Source: Sminthopsis crassicaudata
Taxonomy: Eukaryota
Direction of reading: 5' to 3'
Assembly: GCF_048593235.1 (NCBI RefSeq)
Contig: NC_133619.1
Coordinates: 454,301,644-454,365,643 of the forward strand
DNA length: 64,000 nt
Positions 63,215 to 64,000 of this stretch are shown piece after piece. The translations under genes and the position numbers were made by a program. The notes under the pieces were generated by a model. It ran no database searches, was not told the origin of the DNA, and saw only the letters and a list, made by a program, of their open reading frames with translations. How positions within the stretch are numbered: the stretch's first letter is position 1; every line of letters starts with the position of its first letter.

Positions 63215-63400
63215 TAATATATACATATATGTACATAGTACACTGAGATTTGTAAAGTGCTTTACATTTATTATTCCATTCAATCTCACAACCCATTAGG
63301 CAAATACCAAAGCTTTTCTAACCTCATATTACAAACAAGTAAATTAAGTCTGAGAAAAGTTAAGTGACTTGCCCACGATAAACCAGAGACAGTAATGTAT
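63215..63400 (-). mobile_element. MIR SINE fragment
   Basis: gatttgtaaagtgctttacatt...aatctcacaaccc...ttaagtgacttgcccac. Confidence 0.7.
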
Positions 63401-64000
63401 TATGTGCAAATATTTTCCAAAGATAAGTAAGATAGGCTCCTATCCTCAAGAATCATGGAATCTCAGAGGGTGAGGGGAAAAAAATCATAGGAGCTGTCAA
63501 ATATTCTTTAAATACTGTGAGTAGTAACTAAAGTCAATCTATGCATCTAGTCCAATTTTAAGGGAAAGATCAGAGAGTTGCTCTTGTTTGTTTATGTGAA
63601 ATGTATGAAGTGAGAGTCTAATTGACTTTCTTGTGTGAATCAAATCTCAAAGTAAATCCTCCTTGTTTGGGATAGGTCTGACTCTGCAAAAGGATACCTT
63701 TATTCTGAAATAGAGACTAAGTCATCAATGTTTTTCATCTATCCTTTTTACATAGTTACTCTATCTATCCCTGTTCTTTTCAGATTCATTCCTTTTGTTA
63801 GGACTCTCTAGTTTTCCCCAGATCCTTCCTACCTCTCTGCCCAAACCTGAGACCTGGAAGAACTAAAAAGGTAGGTATTTTAAAAAAAAGAAGAAGAAGA
63901 AGAAAGGCCCCAAACTCCACTGACTGCTAAGAAGGGAACTGGGCATGCTCAGTTGCCAGAGGAGATTCTGGGGTCTAAATAGGAAGCTTTCAATATTCTT

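Noticed and set aside
63822-63870. 49-nt exon-like unit (ttttccccAG...AAG/GTAGGT)
   Set aside because: Two of three frames have stops, the third is unrecognisable, and no supporting gene context exists in the window.
1-64000. CRISPR arrays, rRNA, mitochondrial inserts, CpG island or promoter
   Set aside because: None seen. The sequence is eukaryotic, CpG-poor throughout, and has no regularly spaced repeat-spacer structure.

Overview
AT-rich, strongly CpG-depleted non-coding DNA from a marsupial. The WSINE1-type SINEs, Mar1/Mar3-type SINEs and marsupial L1 ends point to a dasyurid such as the Tasmanian devil (inference). The assembly is a draft with three N-gaps. I find no intact protein-coding gene, RNA gene or CpG island, and the listed ORFs are spurious or decayed transposon frames. 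The window is a mosaic of L2, CR1/L3, RTE and L1 fragments, MIR-family SINEs, four young WSINE1 copies, LTR relics and DNA-transposon relics (Tigger3-like, Charlie-like). Three things stand out. (1) A near-perfect 48-bp-arm palindrome at 40590-40690, formed by inverted duplication inside an old RTE. (2) A 223-bp internal, apparently spliced SNW1 mRNA fragment inserted into an L3 with no poly(A) tail or target-site duplication (TSD). (3) An ORF1-only, HAL1-like LINE at about 57950-61145. Family names come from my recall of consensus sequences, not from a database search. Boundaries of old repeats are approximate, typically within 20-50 bp.
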